From Azolla caroliniana (Eukaryota; Plantae; Polypodiophyta): a DNA stretch of 64,000 bases. The DNA lies in contig JBHGNT010000002.1 of the NCBI GenBank assembly GCA_043228905.1, forward strand, positions 7,068,001 to 7,132,000. The letters run 5' to 3'. The notes under the pieces were generated by a model, which was not told where the DNA came from, did no database searches, and was given only the letters and a program-made list of their open reading frames with translations. Below, in pieces: positions 48,443-60,456 of the stretch (the first letter of the stretch is position 1; each line of letters starts with the position of its first letter). Position numbers and translations under genes: made by a program.

Positions 48443-50390
48443 GGTGTTGTCCGCCGAAATAGTAACCGACGGCCAAAAGCGTAGGAATAAGAAACTATAT
48501 AAAGCGTAACGTATGTAACGGTTCATGCGGGGAAGCGTGAACGGCTAATTAGACCCTGCATATATAAAGGGCAGAAAACCTCTTAAGGAGGTGCGTGTAA
48601 ATTTTGGGAAATGTAAAAGAACGCCTGATAATAGAATACTATCTTCTCTGAGTTTTTGTGTATAGCTATGACTAATTCAGTGTCTATGTCTCGGATACGT
48701 AATCGTAGTAGTACGTAAGCGCAACCTGTGATAAGGAGTCGGTTGTAGCCGTCTCCCCTTACACACGGAGGAATCACAAAGGTTCTCTCCTCACGTAGTA
48801 CGATTAAGCTCTGTTCGTTGTTCCACACCCACCTTGGGGTCTAGGTCGAAGGACTGACCACGGACCGTGTTCCTAAGAGGCAACAGTATGTGACACGCAT
48901 CAAAGATTTGAAAGAGAAATTGGTGAACATAGATGAGATCATTTTGAATACATCACTCATCTCTACGTTGTTGAAAGGAGTACCATAATCTTTTCAAAGT
49001 TTTGGTGCTACAATCCATTTGGTTGCAAAAGGGAATGCCGATATGTATGCATTTGATGAAGTTGTGTCTCTTCTTTTGCAAGAAGAACAATCTAGAGTGA
49101 ATAGAAGTGGTTTGATAGAGGGAACACAAGCACCTGCTATCTCACAGAAGGGAAAAGCAAGGATGGCTCAACTTTGAGTTCATCAAAACCAAAGCCTCAA
49201 CCTTTTTCTTCTACTTATTCCTCTAATGATGGTGATTTGCAAAAGAAGAAGAGCTGCAAATATTGCCGAAAACCTAGTCATACTATTGATTGAGTGTAGA
49301 AAGCTTGCTAAGCGCAATGAGAAGAAGGAATCTGGCATGATCATTGCTGAAAATTCTTCGTGCGCAAAGAGTGATAAAGCCAACATGGCTCAAGATTTTT
49401 GGGCATGTGTTGTTACATATCATTATGACTCATCATTGCACTCTAAGTGAGGTTGCTTTGAATTGGTTCTTTGATACTGGTGCTTCAAAGCACATAACTT
49501 CATGCAAAAGTTTTTTTGCATCCTTGAAAGATATGCCCAAAGAAGGACATGTGGTGTGTGCAAACAATGCCTCTTATCCTATCATTGGAGTAGGAGAAAT
49601 TGAGCTCACTGCTGCAAATGGAGGTGTTGTCATCTTGAAGAATGCATTATATGTGCCCAATATCAAGAAGAACATAATTTCAGTTCCTTTGATTGCCAAA
49701 TTTGAACTTCATTTAAATTTTGTTGATGATAAGTGTATGGGTCATTATTTCAGCAATGACAATGTTATCGTGATGTCCTGTACATTATGCAATGTCTTGT
49801 ATCGCTTGGATACATACCAAAGGGTTGCCGTAAATGCCTTGGCTATCCATACTTCCATGGCTGAAGGGCGCTTTGGCATGCTCATTTTGGTCATTTGAAC
49901 TTCAATAATTTTCTCTACTTGCAAAAGAAGGATGTGGTTATTGGTCTGCCTACACTTGAGTCCATTGAAAACCATGCATGTGAAGGTTTCAGTCTTGGAA
50001 AAAGGCATCGTGCTTCTTTTCCAAAAGATAGTCATACACACACTACAAGAAAATTATAGCTTGTTCATAGTGATGTGTGCGGTACCGTGAAGACTCCATC
50101 TTTTGGAAAGAATCTATATTTTGTTACCTTCATTGATGATACTACTCGCCATACATGGGTGTATCCTATGAAAGCAAAGAATGAGGTATTTTCTTGCGTC
50201 AAATAATTTTTAGCTATGGCTGAAAATTTTTCTGGAAATAAGCTCATGACTCTACACATGGATTGTGGTGACAAATACATGTCACATGAGTTTAATGTTT
50301 TTCTTTGTGAAAGAGGTATTTCACATCAATGTACTATGCCATATACACCTCAACAAAATGGTGTTGTGGAGCTCAAAAATAGAACACTCT

Positions 50391-50730
50391 TTGGGTGGCG
50401 AGAAGGAAATATAGACAAGATGTGCCCTTTCTATACGGATTTAGTAGAGACTGCTAAACATTGTTTATGGAGTTGCGGTTTTGCTATGGACATATGGAAA
50501 TGAATAATAAAAGTATTAACTCTGGTATATCCTAGAGCAATGTATACATGAGGTGTGATATTATGGGTGATGGTACATGATAAACCTATCGTATATGAAC
50601 ATGAGGAGGTTGCAGATGCTATTGTGATGAGATATGGTTTGATGGAAAAAAAATTGATCCCTTTGAATCCACAAATACAAACTGATAAACCTCAAATATG
50701 GCAATTGGTAAGTAGTATTACAATTTGTTA
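50391..50730 (+). mobile_element. LINE zf-RVT fragment (different family from 40661)
   Basis: CPFYTDLVETAKHCLWSCGFAMDIWK, followed by QIWQLVSSI. Confidence 0.6.
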
Positions 50731-50764
50731 TGGGTGTAGGTCAATACACCCGCAATAAGTTGAA

Positions 50765-51890
50765 TCTTATACATACAATAATGCATAGATGGGTGTAGCT
50801 CAACTGGTAAGGTTACCCAATAAGACTAAGAGGTCATGGGCTCAACTCCCTACATTCCATCGTGTCCATGACATCATCCTCCCTCTAAGGCCACCTCCCA
50901 AGACTTGCGGTCAGCTTATGTGGGTATCGTTGATGAAAATTGCGAATGGCCTCTAGCACATTTTGCAAATGTGTAATCGGTTCCCATGTGGCGTTGGAAA
51001 TGGGGTAACCTTTCCATAAGACCAAATATTGGAGTTGTCGACGATGATAGTGTGAGTCGAGGATTTGGTCAACCTCATATTCTTCCCCGGTCGACAATTC
51101 CACAGGTGGCGGTGGAGGAGGTTGTTGTCTCGGAATTCGAGAAGGATGGTAGAGTTTGAGGAGGGGAACGTGAAAAACATCGCGAATCCTGAATGTTGGA
51201 GGAAATGCTAACCGGAAGGCGACTAGGTTGATCCGCTCGATGATACGGAAGGGGCCTAGTCTTTTGTAATCCAATTTTGCACAAGGACGCGTGGTGGCGA
51301 TGTGGCGATGTAACAGGCAAACCATGTCCCTGACTACAAACGTCGATGCAACCAAGCGATGTTGGTCCGCCTGATCTTTATACTGGTCGCTAGTGACACA
51401 AAGTTCCAAGGAGAGGTCACGATGGACATCGTGTAAAGTGCGGGCACACGTCTCTGCCGAAGGATTGGCCGAAGTTGCAAGTATGGAAATGCTGACATGA
51501 GGGTGAAGTCCATAGTTTGCAAAGATTCAGATGGAAACCTTAGTCAAAGCATGAATACTATTATTGTAGGCAAATTCCTCCATTGGAAGGAAGTCCACCC
51601 AATCCTCTTGTTGGTAGCTCATGTTTCACTAGAGCTATTGTTTGAGGTCCAAAGAAATGGAGCATCTTTTCTCATAAGGATGATTAGAGATTGCACTAAA
51701 GAGGAAAACCATTGATAAATCTTCGATAGAAATTTGCAAAGACAAGAAATGATTGTACCTCTTTCAGCCGAGTAGGGATAGGCCAATCGGTGATTGCCAC
51801 TACCTTGCATGCATCCATTGTGATCCCGGAGGGTGAAATCCTGTAGCCTAGGAATTCGATAGAGGTCCGATCAAATTTACATTTCACACG
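50765..51890 (-). mobile_element. Tcn1-like chromovirus copy 3, fragment (late RT, INT C-terminus, chromodomain, start of 3' LTR at 50873)
   Basis: ORF 50885-51409 matches copies 1 and 2 (LDYKRLGPF, EYEVDQILDS, YLVLWKGYP). The LTR start TGTCATGGACACGATGG is on the minus strand. Large internal deletion. Confidence 0.88.
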
Positions 51891-51995
51891 ATGATACGAA
51901 AGGGGCCTAGTCTTCACTCGATGATACAGAAGGGGCCTAGTTTGTCGAATTTCTGATCCGCTCAATGATATGGAAGGGGCCTAGTCTTCACTCGA

Positions 51996-54900
51996 TGGTT
52001 ATTTGAAACGGAAAACTGGTCAGGATACCGAGTGAAGATGCTCTAATCCGATAACGGGGGTGTATACACCTCTCGAGTCTTCAAACAATACCTGTTCGAC
52101 AAAGGGATCCAAAACCAGAAGACTGTTCCATACACACCCATGCAGAATGAAGTGGCCAAACAGATCAATCGAACGATCCAGGAGAGGATGACGGCAATGC
52201 TCTAGCAACCTGGAGTAAAGCTGGAGTTTTGGGCCGAAGTGTTGTAGACAACAGTTTACTTGATAAATCTATCACCGTCAAAAGCAACCAGGCTCGAAGT
52301 GCCACAGGCACTATGGTCAGGCAAACAACTGAGCTACGATAGACTTCGTATATTTGGCTGTGAAGCCAATGCATTTATCCCCAGGGAGAAAAAGACCAAG
52401 TTGGCACCCCATGCAACAAAATGCATATTTCCCGGTTATAGAACCGATGGGGATTTCGGCTACTGACAATGGGACCCAGAGAACCAGAAATTGATCCGAA
52501 GTAGTGACATAGTCTTCAATGAAGCTCGATTCTCTTTGAGCGGAATCAGTAGAAAATAGTCGGCAAAAGAGTCTCCTTTGATACCGACAAAATCGTCATA
52601 GAAGGACCAACGCACTGGGCTGAATCAGAAATTCGACAAACAGTCGAAATCGACCAAGCCGACAACAACCCTGTCGACTCTGAATCGGCAAGAGGTCCAC
52701 TAGTCGAAATCGATTCAACTACGAGATTGACAAGAGTTGTAAAAGACAAAATGAGCAAGGCCAAAGACCACTCTATCAATCAATCTCGAAATAGGGGAGG
52801 CCGACTCGACATCGCCAAAATCCTATTATGAGGGCGAGTCATCCAATGGGACTTCTAAAGACGGTTCAAGCAATACCGATCGGCCGATCGAGCCGACTAA
52901 AGAACTCAAACCGACAAAATTATCACCCAGGAGATTCGAACAAGTCAAAAGGCCTACAGAATTTTATCAACCGGACCTTGACTACGTCGACTACACGGAT
53001 GCAGGCGAACCAAGCACATACAAAGAAGCTATAGTTGAATTAAAATCGATCCATCAGAACAATACATGGGAAGTGGTCGAACTACCAACCAAAAGGAAGC
53101 CACTGCCTTGTAAATGGGTATTTAGATACAAATATGTATGCAATTCGAAGAAGCCCAAATACAAAGTTTAGCTCGTCACGAAAGGGTTCAAACAAGAACA
53201 TGGAGTCAACTATGACGAGATATTCTCGCCAATAGTCAAGATGACTACGCTTCGGCTCCTACTTGGGTTTGTGGCGACAAAAGACCTACAGCTTGATTAA
53301 TTGCACATCAAGATGGCATTCCCACATAGAGACTTGGATGAAGACACTTACATATCTCAACTGGCAGGCTTCACGGCAACGAGGGAGGAAGGTCACCTCG
53401 TATGTCGACTGAAGAAAATCCTCTATGGCTTAAAACAATCGTCGAGGATGTTGTACTAGAAGTTTGACTCCTACATTTGGCAACTTGGTTACCACCGATA
53501 TGACTCTGACCCATGCATGTATGTTCGGCAACTGGCCGACGAGTCCCAGATCTACATGATCCTATATGTCGACGACATGCTAATTGCAGAGAGCAATCAA
53601 GCCAAAATCGAAAAGCTAAAGCGGGGCCTTCACAACAATTTCATCATGAAGGAACTCGAACAAGCCCGACAAATACTGGGCATGAGTATCGAGCGAAATC
53701 AGAAGACAAAGACTCTCCCGACTGTCCCAATCCGTCTACATCCGAAAAGTGCTGAAGTGCTTCTACATGGAGAACACAAAGCCATCACCAACACCGCTTC
53801 CAACGTCGATTCGACTATCAGACAGAGAATCTCCTTCAACGGATAAGGAGAGAAATTTAATGGAAAGATACCCTATGCATCGGCAGTAGGAAGTATCATG
53901 TACGCGACGGTGGCGACCCGACCCGACCTTGCATATGTCGTAGGGGTTGTCAATCGGTACATGTCAAAACCAGGAAAAAAGCATTGAGAGGCCTCCAAGC
54001 ACACCTTCAAGTACTTGAGAGGAACTGAGGATGCATAGTTGACTTTCAAATCGGCAAATCCGACCAAATGTCGGAGGCTACACCGACTCTTACTATGCCG
54101 GGAATTCGGATAATCGGATGTCGACATCAGGCTACATCTTCACCTATGGTGGTAGTGGCATATCATGGAGGTTGAAGCTTGAAGAGTGCATGACTCTATC
54201 TACCACAAAGGCCGAGTACATAGCAGCATCGGAGGAAAGGAAGGAAGCGATCTGGCTGCACCGATTGATTGTCGACTTCTCGGCTACAAGACGAATTAAC
54301 CACCCATCACTGACCATCTACTGCGACTCACAAAGTTCAATACACCTCATCAATAATCTTGTCTATCATGTGAAGACAGTGCATATTGAGGTGCGGTATC
54401 ATCACATCTGGGAGCTACTAACAGAGAGGAAGCTCGAAGTCCGAAAGATCAACACCGAGGTGAACATTGTCGATTGCCTGATGAAGCCACTCCCAGAACA
54501 ATGCTTCGGAGTACTAAGACAAGGATGGGACTACAAAACAAGACCGAGCCAAAGAGTGCCGAGCAAGGAGCAAAAGGTAAGTCGAAGACCGACCCAATCG
54601 TATGAGCCAACAAGGCAAAATCAAAAGAGTCGTAACGCCAAGAGGCTGAAGATGCAACATTAAGCGAGGACATTGCCTGGAGAGGAAATGATCAAGGGAT
54701 GTAGGACCCAAAGACAGATCGAGGATCCAATGAGGAGCACAAGAGCAAGCACAAGTAGATAGCAGACGATCGACCCAAGGCCGAGAGTTAGAATTGGACA
54801 TGACCCGCTCCAAAAAACTAAGCCGACTCGGACGCAAGACGTTTCGAACAAGTCGATCCGACCGATCCGGACAAACCGACCAGAATGACTAGCTGAATCA

Positions 54901-55310
54901 GGCTAGATGCCGATTTTACATCTGCTAACTTGGCTATACGCCGAATGACTTGTAATTATAACTTTAGATTGAATTGTAGTCTAGGTTTACAGGAGAGATA
55001 ACCCCATACAATTGTATCAAGAAAGAGTAGTCCTTTTACGGGGGAGTTTGTTGGCATAAAAGCCAAACTCCTTCCACTTTGTATCCTAGTATGAAGATGG
55101 CTTGAAGTTAGGGCTTGAGTATATAAGCTCAACCCTAACATTGTATCTATGAGATTGATCATCTTGTATCTTGAGTCTTGTAGACAGAGAGTTACAGAAG
55201 AACAGAGAACTTCCATTGAAGCTCAAACTTTGTCTATCTTCTTATTCTTCTTATTGCTACATGCAACATATCTGTGTCGTTTATTGTGCATAGATCAATA
55301 GGTCCTCACA
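51996..55310 (+). mobile_element. Ty1/Copia element H, 5'-truncated (INT, RT, RNase H, probable 3' LTR about 54673-55310)
   Basis: Motifs: SDNGGVY; PYTPMQNEVA; LRIFGCEA; KCIFPGY; LYVDDML; TRPDLAY; LSTTKAEYIAASE; HIEVRYHHI. The LTR boundaries are approximate. Confidence 0.85.
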
Positions 55311-57038
55311 CACATACTTCCGCACATCTATTCTCCTACTTTCCAACATCGACAAGTCGGCCTTGTGGGCACCCTCCTTTCCGGTCTAGCCCAAGCTTGG
55401 TTTGCACCATTAGTAGAAACTTCATCACCTCTATTGCAGGACTTTGCCGCCTTCCTCACTGAGTTAGAGGCCACATTTGGAGAGGCGGACCGACAACATA
55501 CAACCCTCACCAAGATTTATTCACTTGAACAAGGTTCCCGTGCAACTTCTTTCTATGCTACAGAATTCCGACAACTAGCATGCGACATCAATTGGGATGA
55601 TCAAGCTTTAGCTTATTACTTTTCGTGGGGCCTTTGGAGCAATGTTAAGAATCTTCTCTTGAACTTTCCGGAGCCCACCTTGTTATCCCAAGAAATCTCA
55701 CAAGTAGTCCATTGTAACAATCATCTTTTTGAATTTCGCCAGGAAGAGCGTCGGGCTTGGGGGATTCATTCACTTCCACGACATGTATTGGTAGTACAAC
55801 CCCAAGTATCATTCCTGCCGGCTGCGTCAAGCTCCCCTACTTTGGCAAATGGTGTAGTCCGAATGGAAATTGATGGACAAGCCTGATTTCGGCCATTGCC
55901 TGATGCCAAATGACAATATCAGCGAGCTAATGGCTTGTACCTATACTGTGGTGCCTCCAGTCATCTCCTTCGTCATTTTCCTAGGAGTAATCACCCACAA
56001 AGCCATTGATCCAATGGACCCTACTATCTAGAAAATGACATCATTCGGTTGCAGTAGGAGCCATGCAACTAGACGTCTCCCATCACGCACATTTTCTTGA
56101 TTCCATTTCCAGGGTACCCGTCATCCACCTCTCAAAACCCATTCCTATTGAAGCCATCGACGGATGCGTCCTCTCGTCAGGATCGATTACCCAGACTACA
56201 ATCCCATTAGAGGTTCGTGTGGGATCCTATCAGGAGGAGCTCCTTTTTTACCTCATCACATCTCCTCGGCATCCAATCGTCGTAGGTCGAGCCACGATGC
56301 TCGTGCAAAACTATGAAGGTCAATTCGGTTTCACATCCTCTGGAGAAGGTTAATTCTAACTTGGCCACCCCACCCTCAGTCCAGGATGGGACCGTTTACA
56401 CCTTAGCTCATCACCCATTCGCCGTTTGTGGAGCCATTTTTGACATACTCCACATTATTCCCAACAAGTATAAAGACTTCTCCAATGTTATTGAGAAATG
56501 TAATGGAGATTGTTTGCCTGAACACCGGCTCTACGACTGTTCAATCAATCTTCAAGAAGGCGCATGTCCATCCTTCAATCCTCTATATGTGTCTTCTACA
56601 CCAGAGCTAAAGGCCCTTTGAGTGTATCTCGATGAGAACCTCGAGAAAGGATTTATTCAATCTTCTAAGTCGCTGGCTAGGACCCCCATATTATTCATCA
56701 AGAAGAAGGACAACTCTCTATGCTTATGTGTAGACTACAAGGGTCTCAACAAACTCCTTGTGTGCAACCACCATCCACTACCTCTGATCCCCGAACTCAT
56801 CGATCGGCTTCGCGTTGCACGTGTCTTCTCCAAAGTTGATCTCCATGGTGCGCACAATCTGGTACACATCAAGCCCATTCATGAATGGAAAACCACATTC
56901 CGAACAAGGTATGGGCATTTCAAATACAAGCTAATGCCTTTCGTCCTTACTAACGCCCCAACAATTTTTAAACATATGATGAACGATATATTCTCGGAAT
57001 ATCTAGATCATTTTGTGGTCATTTACCTTGATGATATT
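55311..57038 (+). mobile_element. Tcn1-like chromovirus copy 4 (more divergent): gag, protease remnant, RT up to YLDD
   Basis: Capsid TLLSGLAQAWFAPLVE...ELEATFGE; knuckle LYLYCGASSH; same TAGGAGCCATG gag/pol junction; RT KKKDNSLCLCVDY...YLDD. Cut by Copia I at 57039. Confidence 0.85.
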
Positions 57039-59552
57039 TGTAAAAGAATAGCGTGTGCGGAAGCGTATGCGAAACACAGAGTACACAGTTCTGAAAACAA
57101 CAGAAAACACAAAGATGGAGAGGGAGAGGGAGAGATAGAGAGAGAGAGCAGACAACTCAATTCTATTTCAAAATAATGGTACTCTGTACATAGGATGTGC
57201 TCAGTGAGCACTTTTATACAAGTCCATACGGACTGACAGAAGTACTGACACGTACTTCAAGGCTCATAACTAAGCTCTACACTAACTCCCAAAATATATT
57301 CCTACGCAGAATATCTTTCCAACGGCCTCGCGGTTTACGCACCGCTATGGCTTACGTTATCACGCACAGTGTTATGCACCCAACGTTGAGGTTGTCACTC
57401 AACACTCCCCCTCAAGCTCAACTTGAGGTTTCGTCCGCCCTTCCGGATCTACGCTCTGGTTCCTTCTGGCTTCACGCCTTGTTCGCGCTCCTCGACCCAT
57501 TCGATTTTGCACGCTTCGACTCTTCCGGTCAGCTTGTTAGCTTGTTTGGCCCTTCTCAGCTCCCTTGCCGTCGCGGTGTCGGCGCATCCTTCGCTGCCCT
57601 TTTCTCCGCATGGCTTTCAGTTGATTCGGCGTATCCGAATCGAACACTTCCGATTCAATTCTGCTCTCATTCGAATTGGCTGTCTCCAATTTGTCTCCTG
57701 TCTTTAGGCCTTTGACTAAATCAGAGCACGTCTTGATCTTGGCCTTTACGCCCTTCTTGGATGTATCTCCCCCTGATTTGGATGTCCTCAGGTCTTCCAT
57801 ACGATTGCGTCCCTTGCTCTCTTCTTCGGCTTCTTCAGCCGGTTTGAAATCGAATTCTTCATCCGATTCCTCATCACGGTCACTTCTGCCGTGATGAACA
57901 CCCCCGCTCCTTTCACGCTCTTGTTCTTGTTCTTCCTTTCTCCCCCTCAAGTTCGGCGTGTCGAGGTGACGCAACCCTAGCTCACACGAGAAATGTCGTA
58001 ACTTGTCAAGACCAAGAGGCTTGGTGAAGATGTCGGCAACCTACCGATCCGTCGGAACATACGCTAGTTCAACTTCACCTGAAAGGATCCGCTCGCGGAA
58101 AAAATGGTAATGCACCTCAATGTGCTTGGTCCAGGTGTGGAACACGAGGTTTTTCGCAAGGTGAATACTGCTGAGGTTGTCACAAAAGATCGTCGTCGGA
58201 TCAGACACCTCTACATGCAGATCCCGTAATAGCCGTTTTAGCCAAATGACTTCGCACGTAGCGACAGTCGCCCCTCGATACTCGGCCTTCGTGCTCGACA
58301 GTGCTACTGTCGGCTGCTTCTTACTGCTCCACGCAATCGCCGCACTTCTTAGAGAGAATGTGTATCCGGATGTGGATCTACGATCGTGGGTGTTTCCGGG
58401 TCAATCAACATCCGTGTAGCTGACTAACTATTCGGCTACGCCTGCCCGATAAAACAACGCCATGTCTTTCGTGCCGTTGACATAACGTAGTATCCGTTGC
58501 GCACACTGAAAGTGTTCGGTCATAGGCTGTGACATGAATTGACTGATTAGGCCGACTGGATAACTAAGATCCGGCCGAGTAATCGTCAAATAGATAAGGC
58601 TTTCGACAATCTGTTGCAACCGTGTCGGGTCGCACGCCTTCCCCGAATCTCGGCGAAGCTTTGCATTTCTATCCAGAGGGGTCGAGATGGGCTTACAGTT
58701 TGCCATCCCGAACTTGAAGAGCATATTCTGCGCATAATGATGCTAACTGATCAATATGCCCTCAGGTGTGCGGATCACTTCGATCCCGAGGAAGTGATGA
58801 AGGTCTCCGAAATCCTTCATTTCGAATGATGCACGAGTTGAGACTTTACGCGACGGATTTCGTCTAGGTCGGCACCGGCGATGACAAAATCATCAACATA
58901 TAATAGGAGACTAACCGGTCCGTGTTGACCTTGCCAAACAAATAGAGAAGAGTCTGATTTCGACTTTGTAAAGCCCATCCTACGCAGTTGTTGCGTAATC
59001 TTTGCGTTCCAGGCTCGCGGGCTTGCTTAAGTCCGTATAGTGACTTCTTCATGCGGCAAACTGCCGAGATGTTTCGTTCAGATAGAAATCGGGGTGTTGT
59101 ACCATGTACACATGTTCCTCAAGAGCACCTTGTAGGAACACATTCTTTACATCCTCAAGTGCCACCCCTTTGTTGCTGGTACAACTAGCAGAACGTGCAC
59201 GATGGTCATCTTCGTGACAGGCATGAAGGTCTTGTCATAGTCTACGCCATGCTTCTGCGCGTAGCCTTTCGCTACTAAACGGGCCTTGTAGCGGTTGACA
59301 GAGCCATCGGTGTTGTATTTCACCTTATACACCCATCTGTATCCGATCGGCTTTACACCCTTTGGTGCGTCAACTAGGTCCCAAGTTTCATTCTCTGATA
59401 ATGTGCGCATCTCTTCCTCCATTGCGGCATTGCAATTCGCGTCCTTCGCCGCTTTTGCGTAGCTCTCTGGCTCACGCACTTCCGCCACTTGCGTCATCTA
59501 CGCGTAATGGTGCGCCATGTAATCATCATACCCGTACCTCGTTATTGGGTTC

Positions 59553-60456
59553 TGTTGGGAGACAGGTCCCTCCGGATGGGAAGGGAGAAGAACAGTGCTG
59601 AAACCGTATGACGAGTACCCGGCTAGGGAGAGCCGGATGGTGCAGACCCGGTGAGAACCGGATGAGGAGTACTCGGCTACAGAGAGCCAGATGGTGCAGA
59701 CCCGGTGAGAACCGGATGAGGAGTACCGGGCTACAGAGAGCCGGATGGTGCAGACCCGGTGAGAACCGGATGAGGAGTACCCGACTACGGAGAGCCGGAT
59801 GGTGCAGACCCGGTGAGAACCGGATGAGGAGTACCCGGCTACGGAGAGCCAGATGGTGCAGACCTGATGAGAACCGGATGAGGAGTACCCGGCTACGGAG
59901 AGCCGGATGGTGCAGACCCGGTGAGAACCGGATGAGGAGTACCCGGCTACGGAGAGCCGGATGGTGCAGACCCGATGAGGAGTGCTCACCGGATGAAGAG
60001 ACATATTCGTAAATATGTTTATGAGAGTCCATCATGGCTATATTTGTAAATAGCCGAAAAGTCATATTAGTATAAATATGACTTAGGGCAAACTTATAGT
60101 TGTATGTAGAGTGGTTGTCATTCTTGTTGGTGCAAGGAGAGAGAGAGCGTGTAATAGTGTATAGAGAGAGAGAGAGAGAGAGAAAGAGGTCATTGCCTCT
60201 GTTGTAACCGCCGCCTGTGGCGAGGATCGTGAGCACGAGGTCGTTGCCTCCGTGAACTCACTGTTGTACATTCTAACATAGTGATAGTTTGCAACCTGTG
60301 GGCTGCCGTGATTTTTCCCTTAGTTTGGGTTTTCCACGTAAACATCCTGCGTACTCGTCTCTTCTTCGTGTCGTTCATTATTTCCCGTTTTCTGTGTATG
60401 ATTCTAAGATCGGTTGTGGCCGAGCGTTGCATATAGGGAGCGTGCAGTTCCTGTCA
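59553..60456 (+). mobile_element. Solo LTR J (904 bp) inserted in Copia I
   Basis: TG...CA termini with TSD GGTTC (59548-59552 and 60457-60461). The Copia coding sequence resumes on both sides. Confidence 0.9.
59613..59982. repeat. 54-bp minisatellite x about 7 in solo LTR J
   Basis: Unit GAGTACCCGGCTACGGAGAGCCGGATGGTGCAGACCCGGTGAGAACCGGATGAG, head to tail, no spacers. Confidence 0.95.

Larger units (their letters stand above)
45982..48885 (+). mobile_element. Deleted LTR element C carrying only an accessory ORF, with a tRNA-like motif instead of a PPT
   Basis: Near-identical LTRs 45982-about 46390 (3' end lost) and 48445-48885 (TGTTG...CAACA). TSD GTATG (45977-45981 and 48886-48890). TATATAAA on the plus strand at 46098 and 48561. 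Confidence 0.9.
45190..50390 (+). mobile_element. Ty1/Copia element G, 3'-truncated, interrupted by element C
   Basis: iMet PBS TGGTATCAGAGC at 45247-45258. gag KLDGTNYLMW continues across the insertion at 45982-48885. Protease WFFDTGASKH; integrase HSDVCG and PYTPQQNGVVELKNRTL, after which it breaks off. Confidence 0.88.

Noticed and set aside
59498-60236. Repetitive ORFs (SGSHRVCTIRLSVAGYSS)n and a CRISPR-like appearance
   Set aside because: Contiguous 54-bp tandem units with no unique spacers, inside a solo LTR. The frames are open only because the unit length is a multiple of 3.
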